A stretch of DNA of 59,989 bases, from NCBI GenBank assembly GCA_032718475.1, contig JAUCBJ010000755.1, positions 1-59,989 of the forward strand, in the 5' to 3' direction. The notes below the pieces were generated by a model. That model ran no database searches. It had not been told where the DNA came from and saw nothing but the letters and a program-made list of their open reading frames with translations. Positions 35,279-50,200 of this stretch are shown here, piece after piece. How positions within the stretch are numbered: the first letter of the stretch is position 1; every line of letters begins with the position of its first letter. The translations under genes and the position numbers were made by a program. Source of the stretch: Nemertoderma westbladi. Lineage: Eukaryota; Animalia; Xenacoelomorpha.

Positions 35279-38200
35279 CAGCTATTACAATGGGTATCAG
35301 CTACTAACTGGGTATCAGCTACTACACTGGGTATCAGCTACTACAATGGGTATCAGCTACTACAATGGGTATCAGCTACTACACTGGGTATCAGCTACTA
35401 CAATGGGTATCACTACTACAATGGGTATCAGCTACTACAATGGGTATCAGCTACTACAATGGGTATCAGCTACTACAATAGGGTATCAGCTACTACACTG
35501 GGTATCAGCTACTACAATGGGTATCAGCTACTACACTGGGTATCAGCTACTACACTGGGTATCAGCTACTACACTGGGTATCAGCTACTACAATGGGTAT
35601 CAGCTACTACACTGGGTATCAGCTACTACACTGGATATCAGCTACTACAATGGGTATCAGCTACTACAATGGGTATCAGCTACTACAGTGGGTATCAGCT
35701 ACTACAATGGGTATCAGCTACTACAATGGGTATCAGCTACTACAATGGGTATCAGCTACTACACTGGGTATCAGCTACTACACTGGGTATCAGCTACTAC
35801 ACTGGGTATCAGCTACTACAATGGGTATCAGCTACTACAATGGGTATCAGCTACTACAATGGGTATCAGCTACTACAATGGGTATCAGCTACTACAATGG
35901 GTATCAGCTACTACAATGGGTATCAGCTACTACAATGGGTATCAGCTACTACAATGGGTATCAGCTACTACAACGGGTATCAGCTACTACAATGGGTATC
36001 AGCTACTACAATGGGTATCAGCTACTACAATGGGTATCAGCTACTACAATAGGGTATCAGCTACTACACTGGGTATCAGCTACTACAATAGGGTATCAGC
36101 TACTACAATGGGTATCAGCTACTACAATGGGTATCAGCTACTACAATGGGTATCAGCTACTACAATGGGTATCAGCTACTACAATGGGTATCAGCTACTA
36201 CGATGGGTATCAGCTACTACAATGGGTATCAGCTACTACAATGGGTATCAGCTACTACAATGGGTATCAGCTACTACAATGGGTATCAGCTACTACAATG
36301 GGTATCAGCTACTACAATGGGTATCAGCTACTACAATGGGTATCAGCTACTACAATGGGTATCAGCTACTACAATGGGTATCAGCTACTACAATGGGTAT
36401 CAGCTACTACAATGGGTATCAGCTACTACAATGGGTATCAGCTACTACACTGGGTATCAGCTACTACAATGGGTATCAGCTACTACACTGGGTATCAGCT
36501 ACTACAATAGGGTATCAGCTACTATAATGGGTATCAGCTACTACAATGGGTATCAGCTACTACAATGGGCATCAGCTACTACAATGGGTATCAGCTACTA
36601 CTCTGGGTATCAGCTACTACAAAAGGGTATCAGCTACTACACTGGGTATCAGCTACTACACTGGGTATCAGCTACTACACTGGGTATCAGCTACTACAAT
36701 GGGTATCAGCTACTACAATGGGTATCAGCTACTACAATGGGTATCAGCTACTACAATGGGTATCAGCTACTACACTGGGTATCAGCTACTACACTGGGTA
36801 TCAGCTACTACACTGGGTATCAGCTACTACACTGGGTATCAGCTACTACAATGGGTATCAGCTACTACACTGGGTATCAGCTACTACAATGGGTATCAGC
36901 TACTACACTGGGTATCAGCTACTACACTGGGTATCAGCTACTACAATGGGTATCAGCTACTACAATGGGTATCAGCTACTACACTGGGTATCAGCTACTA
37001 CACTGGGTATCAGCTACTACAATGGGTATCAGCTACTACAATGGGTATCAGCTACTACAATGGGTATCAGCTACTACAATGGGTATCAGCTACTACAATG
37101 GGTATCAGCTACTACAATGGGTATCAGCTACTACAATGGGTATCAGCTACTACACTGGGTATCAGCTACTACAATGGGTATCAGCTACTACAATGGGTAT
37201 CAGCTACTACAATAGGGTATCAGCTACTACAATGGGTATCAGCTACTACAATGGGTATCAGCTACTACAATGGGTATCAGCTACTACACTGGGTATCTGC
37301 TACTACAATGGGTATCAGCTACTACACTGGGTATCAGCTACTACAATGGGTATCAGCTACTACAATGGGTATCAGCTACTTCAATGGGTATCAGCTACTA
37401 CAATGGGTATCAGCTACTACAATGGGTATCAGCTACTACACTGGGTATCTGCTACTACAATGGGTATCAGCTACTACACTGGGTATCAGCTACTACAATG
37501 GGTATCAGCTACTACAATGGGTATCAGCTACTACAATGGGTATCAGCTACTACAATGGGTATCAGCTACTACAATGGGTATCAGCTACTACACTGGGTAT
37601 CAGCTACTACACTGGGTATCAGCTACTTCAATGGGTATCAGCTACTACACTGGGTATCAGCTACTGCACTGGGTATCAGCTACTACAATGGGTATCAGCT
37701 ACTACAATGGGTATCAGCTACTACAATGGGTATCAGCTACTACGATGGGTATCAACTACTACAATGGGTATCAGCTACTACTCTGGGTATCAGCTACTAC
37801 AATGGGTATCAGCTACTACAATGGGTATCAGCTACTACACTGGGTATCAGCTACTACACTGGGTATCAGCTACTACACTGGGTATCAGCTACTACAATGG
37901 GTATCAGCTACTACAATGGGTATCAGCTACTACAATGGGTATCAGCTACTACAATGGGTATCAGCTACTACACTGGGTATCAGCTACTACACTGGGTATC
38001 AGCTACTACACTGGGTATCAGCTACTACACTGGGTATGAGCTACTACAATGGGTATCAGCTACTACAATGGGTATCAGCTACTACAATGGGTATCAGCTA
38101 CTACAATGGGTATCAGCTACTACAATGGGTATCAGCTACTACAATGGGTATCAGCTACTACACTGGGTATCAGCTACTACACTGGGTATCAGCTACTACA

Positions 38201-39422
38201 ATGGGTATCAGCTACTACAATGGGTATCAGCTACTACAATGGGTATCAGCTACTACAATGGGTATCAGCTACTACACTGGGTATCAGCTACTACACTGGG
38301 TATCAGCTACTACACTGGGTATCAGCTACTACACTGGGTATCAGCTACTACAATGGGTATCAGCTACTACACTGGGTATCAGCTACTACACTGGGTATCA
38401 GCTACTACAATGGGTATCAGCTACTACACTGGGTATCAGCTACTGCAATGGGTATCAGCTACTACAATGGGTATCAGCTACTACAATGGGTATCAGCTAC
38501 TACAATGGGTATCAGCTACTACAATGGGTATCAGCTACTACAATGGGTATCAGCTACTACAATGGGTATCAGCTACTACAATGGGTATCAGCTACTACAA
38601 TGGGTATCAGCTACTACAATGGGTATCAGCTACTACAATGGGTATCAGCTACTACACTGGGTATCAGCTACTACACTGGGTATCAGCTACTACAATGGGT
38701 ATCAGCTACTACAATGGGTATCAGCTACTACAATGGGTATCAGCTACTACAATGGGTATCAGCTACTACAATGGGTATCAGCTACTACAATAGGGTATCA
38801 GCTACTACAATGGGTATCAGCTACTACAATGGGTATCAGCTACTACAATGGGTATCAGCTACTACACTGGGTATCAGCTACTACACTGGGTATCAGCTAC
38901 TACACTGGGTATCAGCTACTACAATGGGTATCAGCTACTACAATGGGTATCAGCTACTACAATGGGTATCAGCTACTACAATGGGTATCAGCTACTACAC
39001 TGGGTATCAGCTACTACACTGGGTATCAGCTACTACACTGGGTATCAGCTACTACAATGGGTATCAGCTACTACAATGGGTATCAGCTACTACAATGGGT
39101 ATCAGCTACTACAATGGGTATCAGCTACTACAATAGGGTATCAGCTACTACTCTGGATATCAGCTACTACAAAAGGGTATCAGCTACTACAATGGGTATC
39201 AGCTACTACAATGGGTATCAGCTACTACAATAGGGTATCAGCTACTACAATGGGTATCAGCTACTACAATAGGGTATCAGCTACTACAATGGGTATCAGC
39301 TACTACAATGGGTATCAGCTACTACACTGTGTATCAGCTACTACACTGGGTATCAGCTACTACACTTGGTATCAGCTACAACAATGGGTATCAGCTACTA
39401 CAATGGGTATCAGCTACAACAA
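35279..39422. repeat. 19 bp satellite (atgggtatcagctactaca)n
   Basis: Direct reading, about 215 units; common A/C variant. Confidence 0.98.
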
Positions 39423-39497
39423 TTGGCATCTTAATCCTACATCTATAACGAGAAGAATATAATTTCCATTCAGCATGTACAATAGACGAATAGAGTT

Positions 39498-39628
39498 TAG
39501 TAGAGCTCATTAGTAGAGCTCATTAGTAGAGCTCATTAGTAGAGCTCATTAGAAGAGCTCATTAGTAGAGCTCATTAGTAGAGCTCATTAGAAGAGCTCA
39601 GTAGTAGAGCTCATTAGTAGAGCTCATT
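39498..39628. repeat. 13 bp minisatellite (tagagctcattag)n
   Basis: About 10 units. Confidence 0.93.
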
Positions 39629-39870
39629 ACAGATGGAAAAATGAGGCTGCATACGAGAATGGCGGTAAATTATATCAACAATGTCACTCGAGGCAATGTA
39701 CTATATAAAATATTTTTATTTGAAATTTATTAGAAGAAGTTGACGAGGTCTATTTACCTTTATATAATATTTTTATTTTGTGCGTAACTCTTAATGATGA
39801 CGACATATACGAACAGATAAGCTACAGAAATGGTTGTTCCTGCAGCAGGCAATCCAATACTGAAGACGTC

Positions 39871-42558
39871 AAGGGTTAAGAGTTTGAGTTTTAAGAGATG
39901 CACAACAGTTACCGGTGGCTCGAGGGTTAGGAGTTTGAGTTTTAAGAGATGCACAACAGTTACCGGTGGCTCGAGGGTTAGGAGTTTGAGTTTTAAGAGA
40001 TGCACAACAGTTACCGGTGGCTCGAGGGTTAGGAATTTGCGTTTTAAGAGATGCACAACAGTTACCGGTGGCTCGAGGGTTAGGAGTTTTGAGTTTTAAG
40101 AGAAGCACAACAGTTACCGGTGGCTCGAGGGTTAAGAGTTTGAGTTTTAAGAGATGCACAACAGTTACCGGTGGCTCGAGGGTTAAGAGTTTGAGTTTTA
40201 AGAGATGCACAACATGTACGTGTGGCTCGAGGGTTAGGAGTTTGAGTTTTAAGAGATGCACAACATTTACGTGTGGCTCGAGGGTTAGGAGTTTGAGTTT
40301 TAAGAGATGCACAACAGTTACCGGTGGTTCGAGGGTTAGGAGTTTGAGTTTTAAGAGATGCACAACATTTACGTGTGGCTCGAGGGTTAGGAGTTTTAAG
40401 AGATGCACAACAGTTACAGGTGGCTCGAGGGTTAGGAGTTTGAGTTTTAAGAGATGCACAACAGTTACCGGAGGCTCGAGGGTTAGGAGTTTGAGTTTTA
40501 AGAGATGCACAACATTTACGTGTGGCTCGAGGGTTAGGAGTTTGAGTTTTAAGAGATGCACAACAGTTACCGGTGGCTCGAGGGTTAAGAGTTTGAGTTT
40601 TAAGAGATGCACTACATTTACGTGTGGCTCGAGGGTTAGGAGTTTTGAGTTTTAAGAGATGCACAACAGTTACAGGTGGCTCGAGGGTTAGGAGTTTGAG
40701 TTTTAAGAGATGCACAACAGTTACCGGTGGCTCGAGGGTTAAGAGTTTGAGTTTTAAGAGATGCACAACATTTACGTGTGGCTCGAGGGTTAGGAGTTTG
40801 AGTTTTAAGAGATGCACAACAGTTACAGGTGGCTCGAGGGTTAGGAGTTTGAGTTTTAAGAGATGCACAACAGTTACCGGTGGCTCGAGGGTTAGGAGTT
40901 TGAGTTCTAAGAGATGCACAACAGTTACCAGTGGCTCGAGGGTTATGAGTTTGAGTTTTAAGAGATGCACAACATTTACGTGTGGCTCGAGGGTTAGGAG
41001 TTTGAGTTTTAAGAGATGCACAACAGTTACCAGTGGTTCGAGGGTTAGGAGTTTGAGCTTTAAGAGATGCACAACTGTTACCGGTGGCTCGAGGGTTAAG
41101 AGTTTGAGTTTTAAGAGATGCACAACATTTACGTGTGGCTCGAGGGTTAGGAGTTTTGAGTTTTAAGAGATGCACAACAGTTACAGGTGGCTCGAGGGTT
41201 AGGAGTTTGAGTTTTAAGAGATGCACAACAGTTACCCGTGGCTCGAGGGTTAGGAGTTTGAGTTTTAAGAGATGCACAACATTTACGTGTGGCTCGAGGG
41301 TTAGGAGTTTGAGTTTTAAGAGATGCACAACATTTACGTGTGGCTCGAGGGTTAGGAGTTTAAGTTTTAAGAGATGCACAACAGTTACCGGTGGCTCGAG
41401 GGTTAGGAGTTTGAGTTTTAAAAGATGCACAACATTTACGTGTGGCTCGAGGGTTAGGACTTTGAGTTTTAAGATATGCACAACACTTACCAGTGGCTCG
41501 AGGGTTAGGAGTTTGAGCTTTAAGAGATGCACAACAGTTACCGGTGGCTCGAGGGTTAAGAGTTTGAGTTTTAAGAGATGCACAACATTTACGTGTAGCT
41601 CGAGGGTTAGGAGTTTGAGTTTTAAGAGATGCACAACAGTTACCGGTGGCTCGAGGGTTAGGAGTTTGAGTTTTAAGAGATGCACAACAGTTACCAGTGG
41701 CTCGAGGGTTAGGAGTTTGAGCTTTAAGAGATGCACAACAGTTACCGGTGGCTCGAGGGTTAAGAGTTTGAGTTTTAAGAGATGCACAACATTTACGTGT
41801 GGCTCGAGGGTTAGGAGTTTGAGTTTTAAGAGATGCACAACAGTTACCAGTGGCTCAAGGGTTATGAGTTTGAGTTTTAAGAGATGCACAACAGTTACAG
41901 GTGGCTCGAGGGTTAGGAGTTTGAGTTTTAAGAGATGCACAACAGTTACCAGTGGCTCGAGGGTTATGAGTTTGAGTTTTAAGAGATGCACAACAGTTAC
42001 AGGTGGCTCGAGGGTTAGGAGTTTGAGTTTTAAGAGATGCACAACAGTTACCGAAGGCTCGAGGGTTAAGAGTTTGAGTTTTAAGAGATGCACAACATTT
42101 ACGTGTGGCTCGAGGGTTAGGAGTTTGAGCTTTAAGAGATGCACAACATTTACGTGTGGCTCGAGGGTTAGGAGTTTGAGTTTTAAGAGATGCACAACAT
42201 TTACGTGTGGCTCGAGGGTTAGGAGTTTGAGTTTTAAGAGATGCACAACATTTACGTGTGGCTCGAGGGTTAGGAGTTTGAGCTTTAAGAGATGCACAAC
42301 AGTTACCGGAGGCTCGAGGGTTAGGAGTTTGAGTTTTAAGAGATGCACAACATTTACGTGTGGCTCGAGGGTTAGGAGTTTGAGCTTTAAGAGATGCACA
42401 ACAGTTACCGGTGGCTCGAGGGTTAGGAGTTTTAGTTTTAAGAGATGCACAACACTTACAGGTGGCTCGAGGGTTAGGAGTTTGAGCTTTAAAAGATGCA
42501 CAACAGTTACCGGAGGCTCGAGGGTTAGGAGTTTGAGTTTTAAGAGATGCACAACATT
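39871..42558. repeat. 51 bp satellite (gagggttaggagtttgagttttaagagatgcacaacagttaccggtggctc)n
   Basis: About 52 units; two main variants (gttaccg / tttacgt). Confidence 0.97.
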
Positions 42559-42559
42559 T

Positions 42560-43162
42560 TTAAGTGTGAGTAACAAATATAATAGTTAGTCGTCCATTAA
42601 GTGTGAGTAACAAATATAATAGTTAGTCGCCCATTAAGTGTGAGTAACAAATATAATAGTTAGTCGCACATTAAGTGTGAGTAACAAATATAATAGTTAG
42701 TCGCACATTAAGTGTGAGTAACAACTATAATAGTTAGTCGGCCATTAAGTGTGAGTAACAAATATAATAGTTAGTCGCACATTAAGTGTGAGTAACAACT
42801 ATAATAGTTAGTCGGCCATTAAGTGTGAGTAACAAATATAATAGTTAGTCGCCCATTCAAAAAAAAAAGCAAGCAAAGCAAACAGTCGGCCGAAGCCGGA
42901 GGCGACCCGAAGGCTCCTCTTTCGATAGCTGCTACCCGAGGGTAGGGGTGGGCGCTACTCCTATCCCAAGATTTGCTCCCAGTTATTTAACTGGTACTCA
43001 TTTCATCGACCCCAGTGGATGAAAGGCTGAGTGGACCCTGGCGGGGCCGAACCTACAACCAATAGATTGCAGGCCCGGCGCTCAACCAACTGAGCTACCC
43101 ATTAACCAATTGCTAACTAACTGAGTCGTCCATTAAGTGTGAGTAACAACTATAATAGTTAG
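42560..43162. repeat. 37 bp minisatellite (ttaagtgtgagtaacaaatataatagttagtcgccca)n, interrupted by a SINE
   Basis: 8 units up to 42857, resuming at about 43124. Confidence 0.92.
42859..43100 (-). mobile_element. tRNA-derived SINE with Deu/Nin-type core and structured tail
   Basis: Minus strand: A-box TAGCTCAGTTGG, degenerate B-box GGTTCG, core ccactcagcctttcatcc..ggggtcgatgaaatgagtacc, tail ending in TTGC repeats and T10. Confidence 0.85.
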
Positions 43163-43319
43163 CTATTAAAGTAGCTTATAAGTAATAATCGAACACCGTA
43201 TTATCTAACTTATTTACTTCATTTAAATTTTTTATTAACTGTTTTAAATAACGGTAACCTTAAAACAACTCAAATCAGATTTTCTCGACAATTTAATTGT
43301 GACAGTACGATTACCTTAT

Positions 43320-43442
43320 TTATTACCTGTGTGTTGTTACTAGACTACCGCTAACACCCTAACACTCGGGTCCCCAATGTCTTTATTACCTGTGTGTTGT
43401 TACTAGACTACCGCTAACACCCTAACACTCGGGTCCCCAATG
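43320..43442. repeat. About 63 bp tandem duplication
   Basis: ttattacctgtgtgttgttactagactaccgctaacaccctaacactcgggtccccaatg occurs twice. Confidence 0.85.
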
Positions 43443-43472
43443 CGACAAAGTCAGCTGACTGCCTTGGCAGAT

Positions 43473-43734
43473 AAGCTATACAATAGAATTCTATTAAATC
43501 GCATCAGGGATCCCATTGAGAGACTGCTCCGTGGAAATCAGAATGGGTTCCGTAAAGGTCGTGGGACCATGGAGCCCATTTTGGCACTTAGAAGGATAAT
43601 TGAAGAATTATCAAAAAAGAAAGACAGGCATCTGGCTGTTATCTTTGTTGACTTCTTCAAGGCCTTTGATTCAGTCTCTCGCTCACGTATGTTCAGCATT
43701 CTTTCATTATATGGGATTCCTGATGAAATTATTG
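43473..43734 (+). mobile_element. RTE-like LINE RT fragment
   Basis: Near-identical to about 58595-58855 (QNGFRKGR, FVDFFKAFDSV). Confidence 0.9.
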
Positions 43735-43986
43735 GATCAAGTCAGATGGATAAGATACAATGAGTGTGCTTGAGCATGTGGGGGACTCATTATGCTTGGT
43801 ATTATGATTCCGTAAGTTATACTTCGAATACTTAGGGGGGAGGCATGGACATCATTGAATGTTTCGTTCCAGGATTTTGAGAATAAGTCACATAAATCTC
43901 AATAATCAGCCTCTCTCCTTATGTGAAAGTCAGAACTGTGCCCTAACTGCATACTGGGGGGGGGGGGGGGGGGCTTTAAGCTGAGC

Positions 43987-44253
43987 CGCCTCCGCTTTGC
44001 AGGACATTGCTTTCGCCGTGAGGACCAACCAGTGCATAATCTTGTACTTTGGCAGCCTCATGGAGTGAATAAGCATGGTGGACAGCCCATGACTTTCTTG
44101 AGACGCATCTTAAAGGACACTGGCCTTGAAGATGCGGATGATCTAGCAAATGTCATGGGTGATAGGGAGTTGTGGCGGCGCATTTTTTTTTCGATAATCC
44201 GGCATAACATTCTTAATGCACGGTGCAATGCAGCCTGTCAATTATAGATAGAT
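43987..44253 (+). mobile_element. RTE-like LINE 3' end fragment
   Basis: Matches about 59656-59905; short tagatagata tail. Confidence 0.85.
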
Positions 44254-44263
44254 ACCCTTAGTT

Positions 44264-47200
44264 ATCTATCCTTCCCCTGTTACCCTAACCCCCCATCCCA
44301 TCTATACTATACTCACCCTCTCTATCTATCCTTCCCCTGTTACCCTAACCCCCCATCCCATCTATACTATACTCACCCTCTCCTTCCTTCCCCTGTTACC
44401 CTAACCCCCCATCCCATCTATACTATACTCACCCTCTCTATCTATCCTTCCCCTGTTACCCTAACCCCCCATCCCATCTATACTATACTCACCCTCTCCT
44501 TCCTTCCCCTGTTACCCTAACCCCCCATCCCATCTATACTATACTCACCCTCTCTATCTATCCTTCCCCTGTTACCCTAACCCCCCATCCCATCTATACT
44601 ATACTCACCCTCTCTATCTATCCTTCCCCTGTTACCCTAACCCCCCATCCCATCTATACTATACTCACCCTCTCTATCTATCCTTCCCCTGTTACCCTAA
44701 CCCCCCATCCCATCTATACTATACTCACCCTCTCCTTCCTTCCCCTGTTACCCTAACCCCCCATCCCATCTATACTATACTCACCCTCTCTATCTATCCT
44801 TCCCCTGTTACCCTAACCCCCCATCCCATCTATACTATACTCACCCTCTCTATCTATCCTTCCCCTGTTACCCTAACCCCCCATCCCATCTATACTATAC
44901 TCACCCTCTCTATCTTCCTTCCCCTGTTACCCTAACCCCCCATCCCATCTATACTATACTCACCCTCTCTATCTATCCTTCCCCTGTTACCCTAACCCCC
45001 CATCCCATCTATACTATACTCACCCTCTCTATCTATCCTTCCCCTGTTACCCTAACCCCCCATCCCATCTATACTATACTCACCCTCTCTATCTATCCTT
45101 CCCCTGTTACCCTAACCCCCCATCCCATCTATACTATACTCACCCTCTCCTTCCTTCCCCTGTTACCCTAACCCCCCATCCCATCTATACTATACTCACC
45201 CTCTCCTTCCTTCCCCTGTTACCCTAACCCCCCATCCCATCTATACTATACTCACCCTCTCTATCTATCCTTCCCCTGTTACCCTAACCCCCCATCCCAT
45301 CTATACTATACTCACCCTCTCTATCTATCCTTCCCCTGTTACCCTAACCCCCCATCCCATCTATACTATACTCACCCTCTCTATCTATCCTTCCCCTGTT
45401 ACCCTAACCCCCCATCCCATCTATACTATACTCACCCTCTCTATCTATCCTTCCCCTGTTACCCTAACCCCCCATCCCATCTATACTATACTCACCCTCT
45501 CTATCTATCCTTCCCCTGTTACCCTAACCCCCCATCCCATCTATACTATACTCACCCTCTCTATCTATCCTTCCCCTGTTACCCTAACCCCCCATCCCAT
45601 CTATACTATACTCACCCTCTCCTTCCTTCCCCTGTTACCCTAACCCCCCATCCCATCTATACTATACTCACCCTATCTATCTATCCTTCCCCTGTTACCC
45701 TAACCCCCCATCCCATCTATACTATACTCACCCTCTCTATCTATCCTTCCCCTGTTACCCTAACCCCCCATCCCATCTATACTATACTCACCCTCTCTAT
45801 CTATCCTTCCCCTGTTACCCTAACCCCCCATCCCATCTATACTATACTCACCCTCTCTATCTATCCTTCCCCTGTTACCCTAACCCCCCATCCCATCTAT
45901 ACTATACTCACCCTCTCTATCTATCCTTCCCCTGTTACCCTAACCCCCCATCCCATCTATACTATACTCACCCTCTCTATCTATCCTTCCCCTGTTACCC
46001 TAACCCCCCATCCCATCTATACTATACTCACCCTCTCCTTCCTTCCCCTGTTACCCTAACCCCCCATCCCATCTATACTATACTCACCCTCTCTATCTAT
46101 CCTTCCCCTGTTACCCTAACCCCCCATCCCATCTATACTATACTCACCCTCTCTATCTATCCTTCCCCTGTTACCCTAACCCCCCATCCCATCTATACTA
46201 TACTCACCCTCTCTATCTATCCTTCCCCTGTTACCCTAACCCCCCATCCCATCTATACTATACTCACCCTCTCTATCTATCCTTCCCCTGTTACCCTAAC
46301 CCCCCATCCCATCTATACTATACTCACCCTCTCTATCTATCCTTCCCCTGTTACCCTAACCCCCCATCCCATCTATACTATACTCACCCTCTCTATCTAT
46401 CCTTCCCCTGTTACCCTAACCCCCCATCCCATCTATACTATACTCACCCTCTCTCTTCCTTCCCCTGTTACCCTAACCCCCCATCCCATCTATACTATAC
46501 TCACCCTCTCTATCTATCCTTCCCCTGTTACCCTAACCCCCCATCCCATCTATACTATACTCACCCTCTCTATCTATCCTTCCCCTGTTACCCTAACCCC
46601 CCATCCCATCTATACTATACTCACCCTCTCCTTCCTTCCCCTGTTACCCTAACCCCCCATCCCATCTATACTATACTCACCCTCTCTATCTATCCTTCCC
46701 CTGTTACCCTAACCCCCCATCCCATCTATACTATACTCACCCTCTCTATCTATCCTTCCCCTGTTACCCTAACCCCCCATCCCATCTATACTATACTCAC
46801 CCTCTCTATCTATCCTTCCCCTGTTACCCTAACCCCCCATCCCATCTATACTATACTCACCCTCTCTATCTATCCTTCCCCTGTTACCCTAACCCCCCAT
46901 CCCATCTATACTATACTCACCCTCTCTATCTATCCTTCCCCTGTTACCCTAACCCCCCATCCCATCTATACTATACTCACCCTCTCCTTCCTTCCCCTGT
47001 TACCCTAACCCCCCATCCCATCTATACTATACTCACCCTCTCTATCTATCCTTCCCCTGTTACCCTAACCCCCCATCCCATCTATACTATACTCACCCTC
47101 TCTATCTATCCTTCCCCTGTTACCCTAACCCCCCATCCCATCTATACTATACTCACCCTCTCCTTCCTTCCCCTGTTACCCTAACCCCCCATCCCATCTA

Positions 47201-50200
47201 TACTATACTCACCCTCTCTATCTATCCTTCCCCTGTTACCCTAACCCCCCATCCCATCTATACTATACTCACCCTCTCTATCTATCCTTCCCCTGTTACC
47301 CTAACCCCCCATCCCATCTATACTATACTCACCCTCTCTATCTATCCTTCCCCTGTTACCCTAACCCCCCATCCCATCTATACTATACTCACCCTCTCTA
47401 TCTATCCTTCCCCTGTTACCCTAACCCCCCATCCCATCTATACTATACTCACCCTCTCCTTCCTTCCCCTGTTACCCTAACCCCCCATCCCATCTATACT
47501 ATACTCACCCTATCTATCTATCCTTCCCCTTTTACCCTAACCCCCCATCCCATCTATACTATACTCACCCTCTCCTTCCTTCCCCTGTTACCCTAACCCC
47601 CCATCCCATCTATACTATACTCACCCTCTCTATCTATCCTTCCCCTGTTACCCTAACCCCCCATCCCATCTATACTATACTCACCCTCTCTATCTATCCT
47701 TCCCCTGTTTCCCTAACCCCCCATCCCATCTATACTATACTCACCCTCTCTATCTATCCTTCCCCTGTTACCCTAACCCCCCATCCCATCTATACTATAC
47801 TCACCCTCTCTATCTATCCTTCCCCTGTTACCCTAACCCCCCATCCCATCTATACTATACTCACCCTCTCCTTCCTTCCCCTGTTACCCTAACCCCCCAT
47901 CCCATCTATACTATACTCACCCTCTCCTTCCTTCCCCTGTTACCCTAACCCCCCATCCCATCTATACTATACTCACCCTCTCTATCTATCCTTCCCCTGT
48001 TACCCTAACCCCCCATCCCATCTATACTATACTCACCCTCTCCTTCCTTCCCCTGTTACCCTAACCCCCCATCCCATCTATACTATACTCACCCTCTCTA
48101 TCTATCCTTCCCCTGTTACCCTAACCCCCCATCCCATCTATACTATACTCACCCTCTCTATCTATCCTTCCCCTGTTACCCTAACCCCCCATCCCATCTA
48201 TACTATACTCACCCTCTCTATCTATCCTTCCCCTGTTACCCTAACCCCCCATCCCATCTATACTATACTCACCCTCTCTATCTATCCTTCCCCTGTTACC
48301 CTAACCCCCCATCCCATCTATACTATACTCACTCACCCTCTCCTTCCTTCCCCTGTTACCCTAACCCCCCATCCCATCTATACTATACTCACCCTATCTA
48401 TCTATCCTTCCCCTTTTACCCTAACCCCCCATCCCATCTATACTATACTCACCCTCTCCTTCCTTCCCCTGTTACCCTAACCCCCCATCCCATCTATACT
48501 ATACTCACCCTCTCTATCTATCCTTCCCCTGTTTCCCTAACCCCCCATCCCATCTATACTATACTCACCCTCTCTATCTATCCTTCCCCTTTTACCCTAA
48601 CCCCCCATCCCATCTATACTATACTCACCCTCTCTATCTATCCTTCCCCTGTTACCCTAACCCCCCATCCCATCTATACTATACTCACCCTCTCTATCTA
48701 TCCTTCCCCTGTTACCCTAACCCCCCATCCCATCTATACTATACTCACCCTCTCTATCTATCCTTCCCCTGTTACCCTAACCCCCCATCCCATCTATACT
48801 ATACTCACCCTCTCCTTCCTTCCCCTGTTACCCTAACCCCCCATCCCATCTATACTATACTCACCCTCTCTATCTATCCTTCCCCTGTTACCCTAACCCC
48901 CCATCCCATCTATACTATACTCACCCTCTCTATCTATCCTTCCCCTGTTACCCTAACCCCCCATCCCATCTATACTATACTCACCCTCTCCTTCCTTCCC
49001 CTGTTACCCTAACCCCCCATCCCATCTATACTATACTCACCCTCTCTATCTATCCTTCCCCTGTTACCCTAACCCCCCATCCCATCTATACTATACTCAC
49101 CCTCTCTATCTATCCTTCCCCTGTTACCCTAACCCCCCATCCCATCTATACTATACTCACCCTCTCTATCTATCCTTCCCCTGTTACCCTAACCCCCCAT
49201 CCCATCTATACTATACTCACCCTCTCTATCTATCCTTCCCCTGTTACCCTAACCCCCCATCCCATCTATACTATACTCACCCTCTCCTTCCTTCCCCTGT
49301 TACCCTAACCCCCCATCCCATCTATACTATACTCACCCTATCTATCTATCCTTCCCCTTTTACCCTAACCCCCCATCCCATCTATACTATACTCACCCTC
49401 TCCTTCCTTCCCCTGTTACCCTAACCCCCCATCCCATCTATACTATACTCACCCTCTCTATCTATCCTTCCCCTGTTACCCTAACCCCCCATCCCATCTA
49501 TACTATACTCACCCTCTCTATCTATCCTTCCCCTGTTTCCCTAACCCCCCATCCCATCTATACTATACTCACCCTCTCTATCTATCCTTCCCCTGTTACC
49601 CTAACCCCCCATCCCATCTATACTATACTCACCCTCTCTATCTATCCTTCCCCTGTTACCCTAACCCCCCATCCCATCTATACTATACTCACCCTCTCCT
49701 TCCTTCCCCTGTTACCCTAACCCCCCATCCCATCTATACTATACTCACCCTCTCCTTCCTTCCCCTGTTACCCTAACCCCCCATCCCATCTATACTATAC
49801 TCACCCTCTCTATCTATCCTTCCCCTGTTACCCTAACCCCCCATCCCATCTATACTATACTCACCCTCTCCTTCCTTCCCCTGTTACCCTAACCCCCCAT
49901 CCCATCTATACTATACTCACCCTCTCTATCTATCCTTCCCCTGTTACCCTAACCCCCCATCCCATCTATACTATACTCACCCTCTCTATCTATCCTTCCC
50001 CTGTTACCCTAACCCCCCATCCCATCTATACTATACTCACCCTCTCTATCTATCCTTCCCCTGTTACCCTAACCCCCCATCCCATCTATACTATACTCAC
50101 CCTCTCTATCTATCCTTCCCCTGTTACCCTAACCCCCCATCCCATCTATACTATACTCACTCACCCTCTCCTTCCTTCCCCTGTTACCCTAACCCCCCAT

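Noticed and set aside
43030-43100. Functional tRNA gene
   Set aside because: Degenerate T-arm running into a SINE core; it is a SINE head
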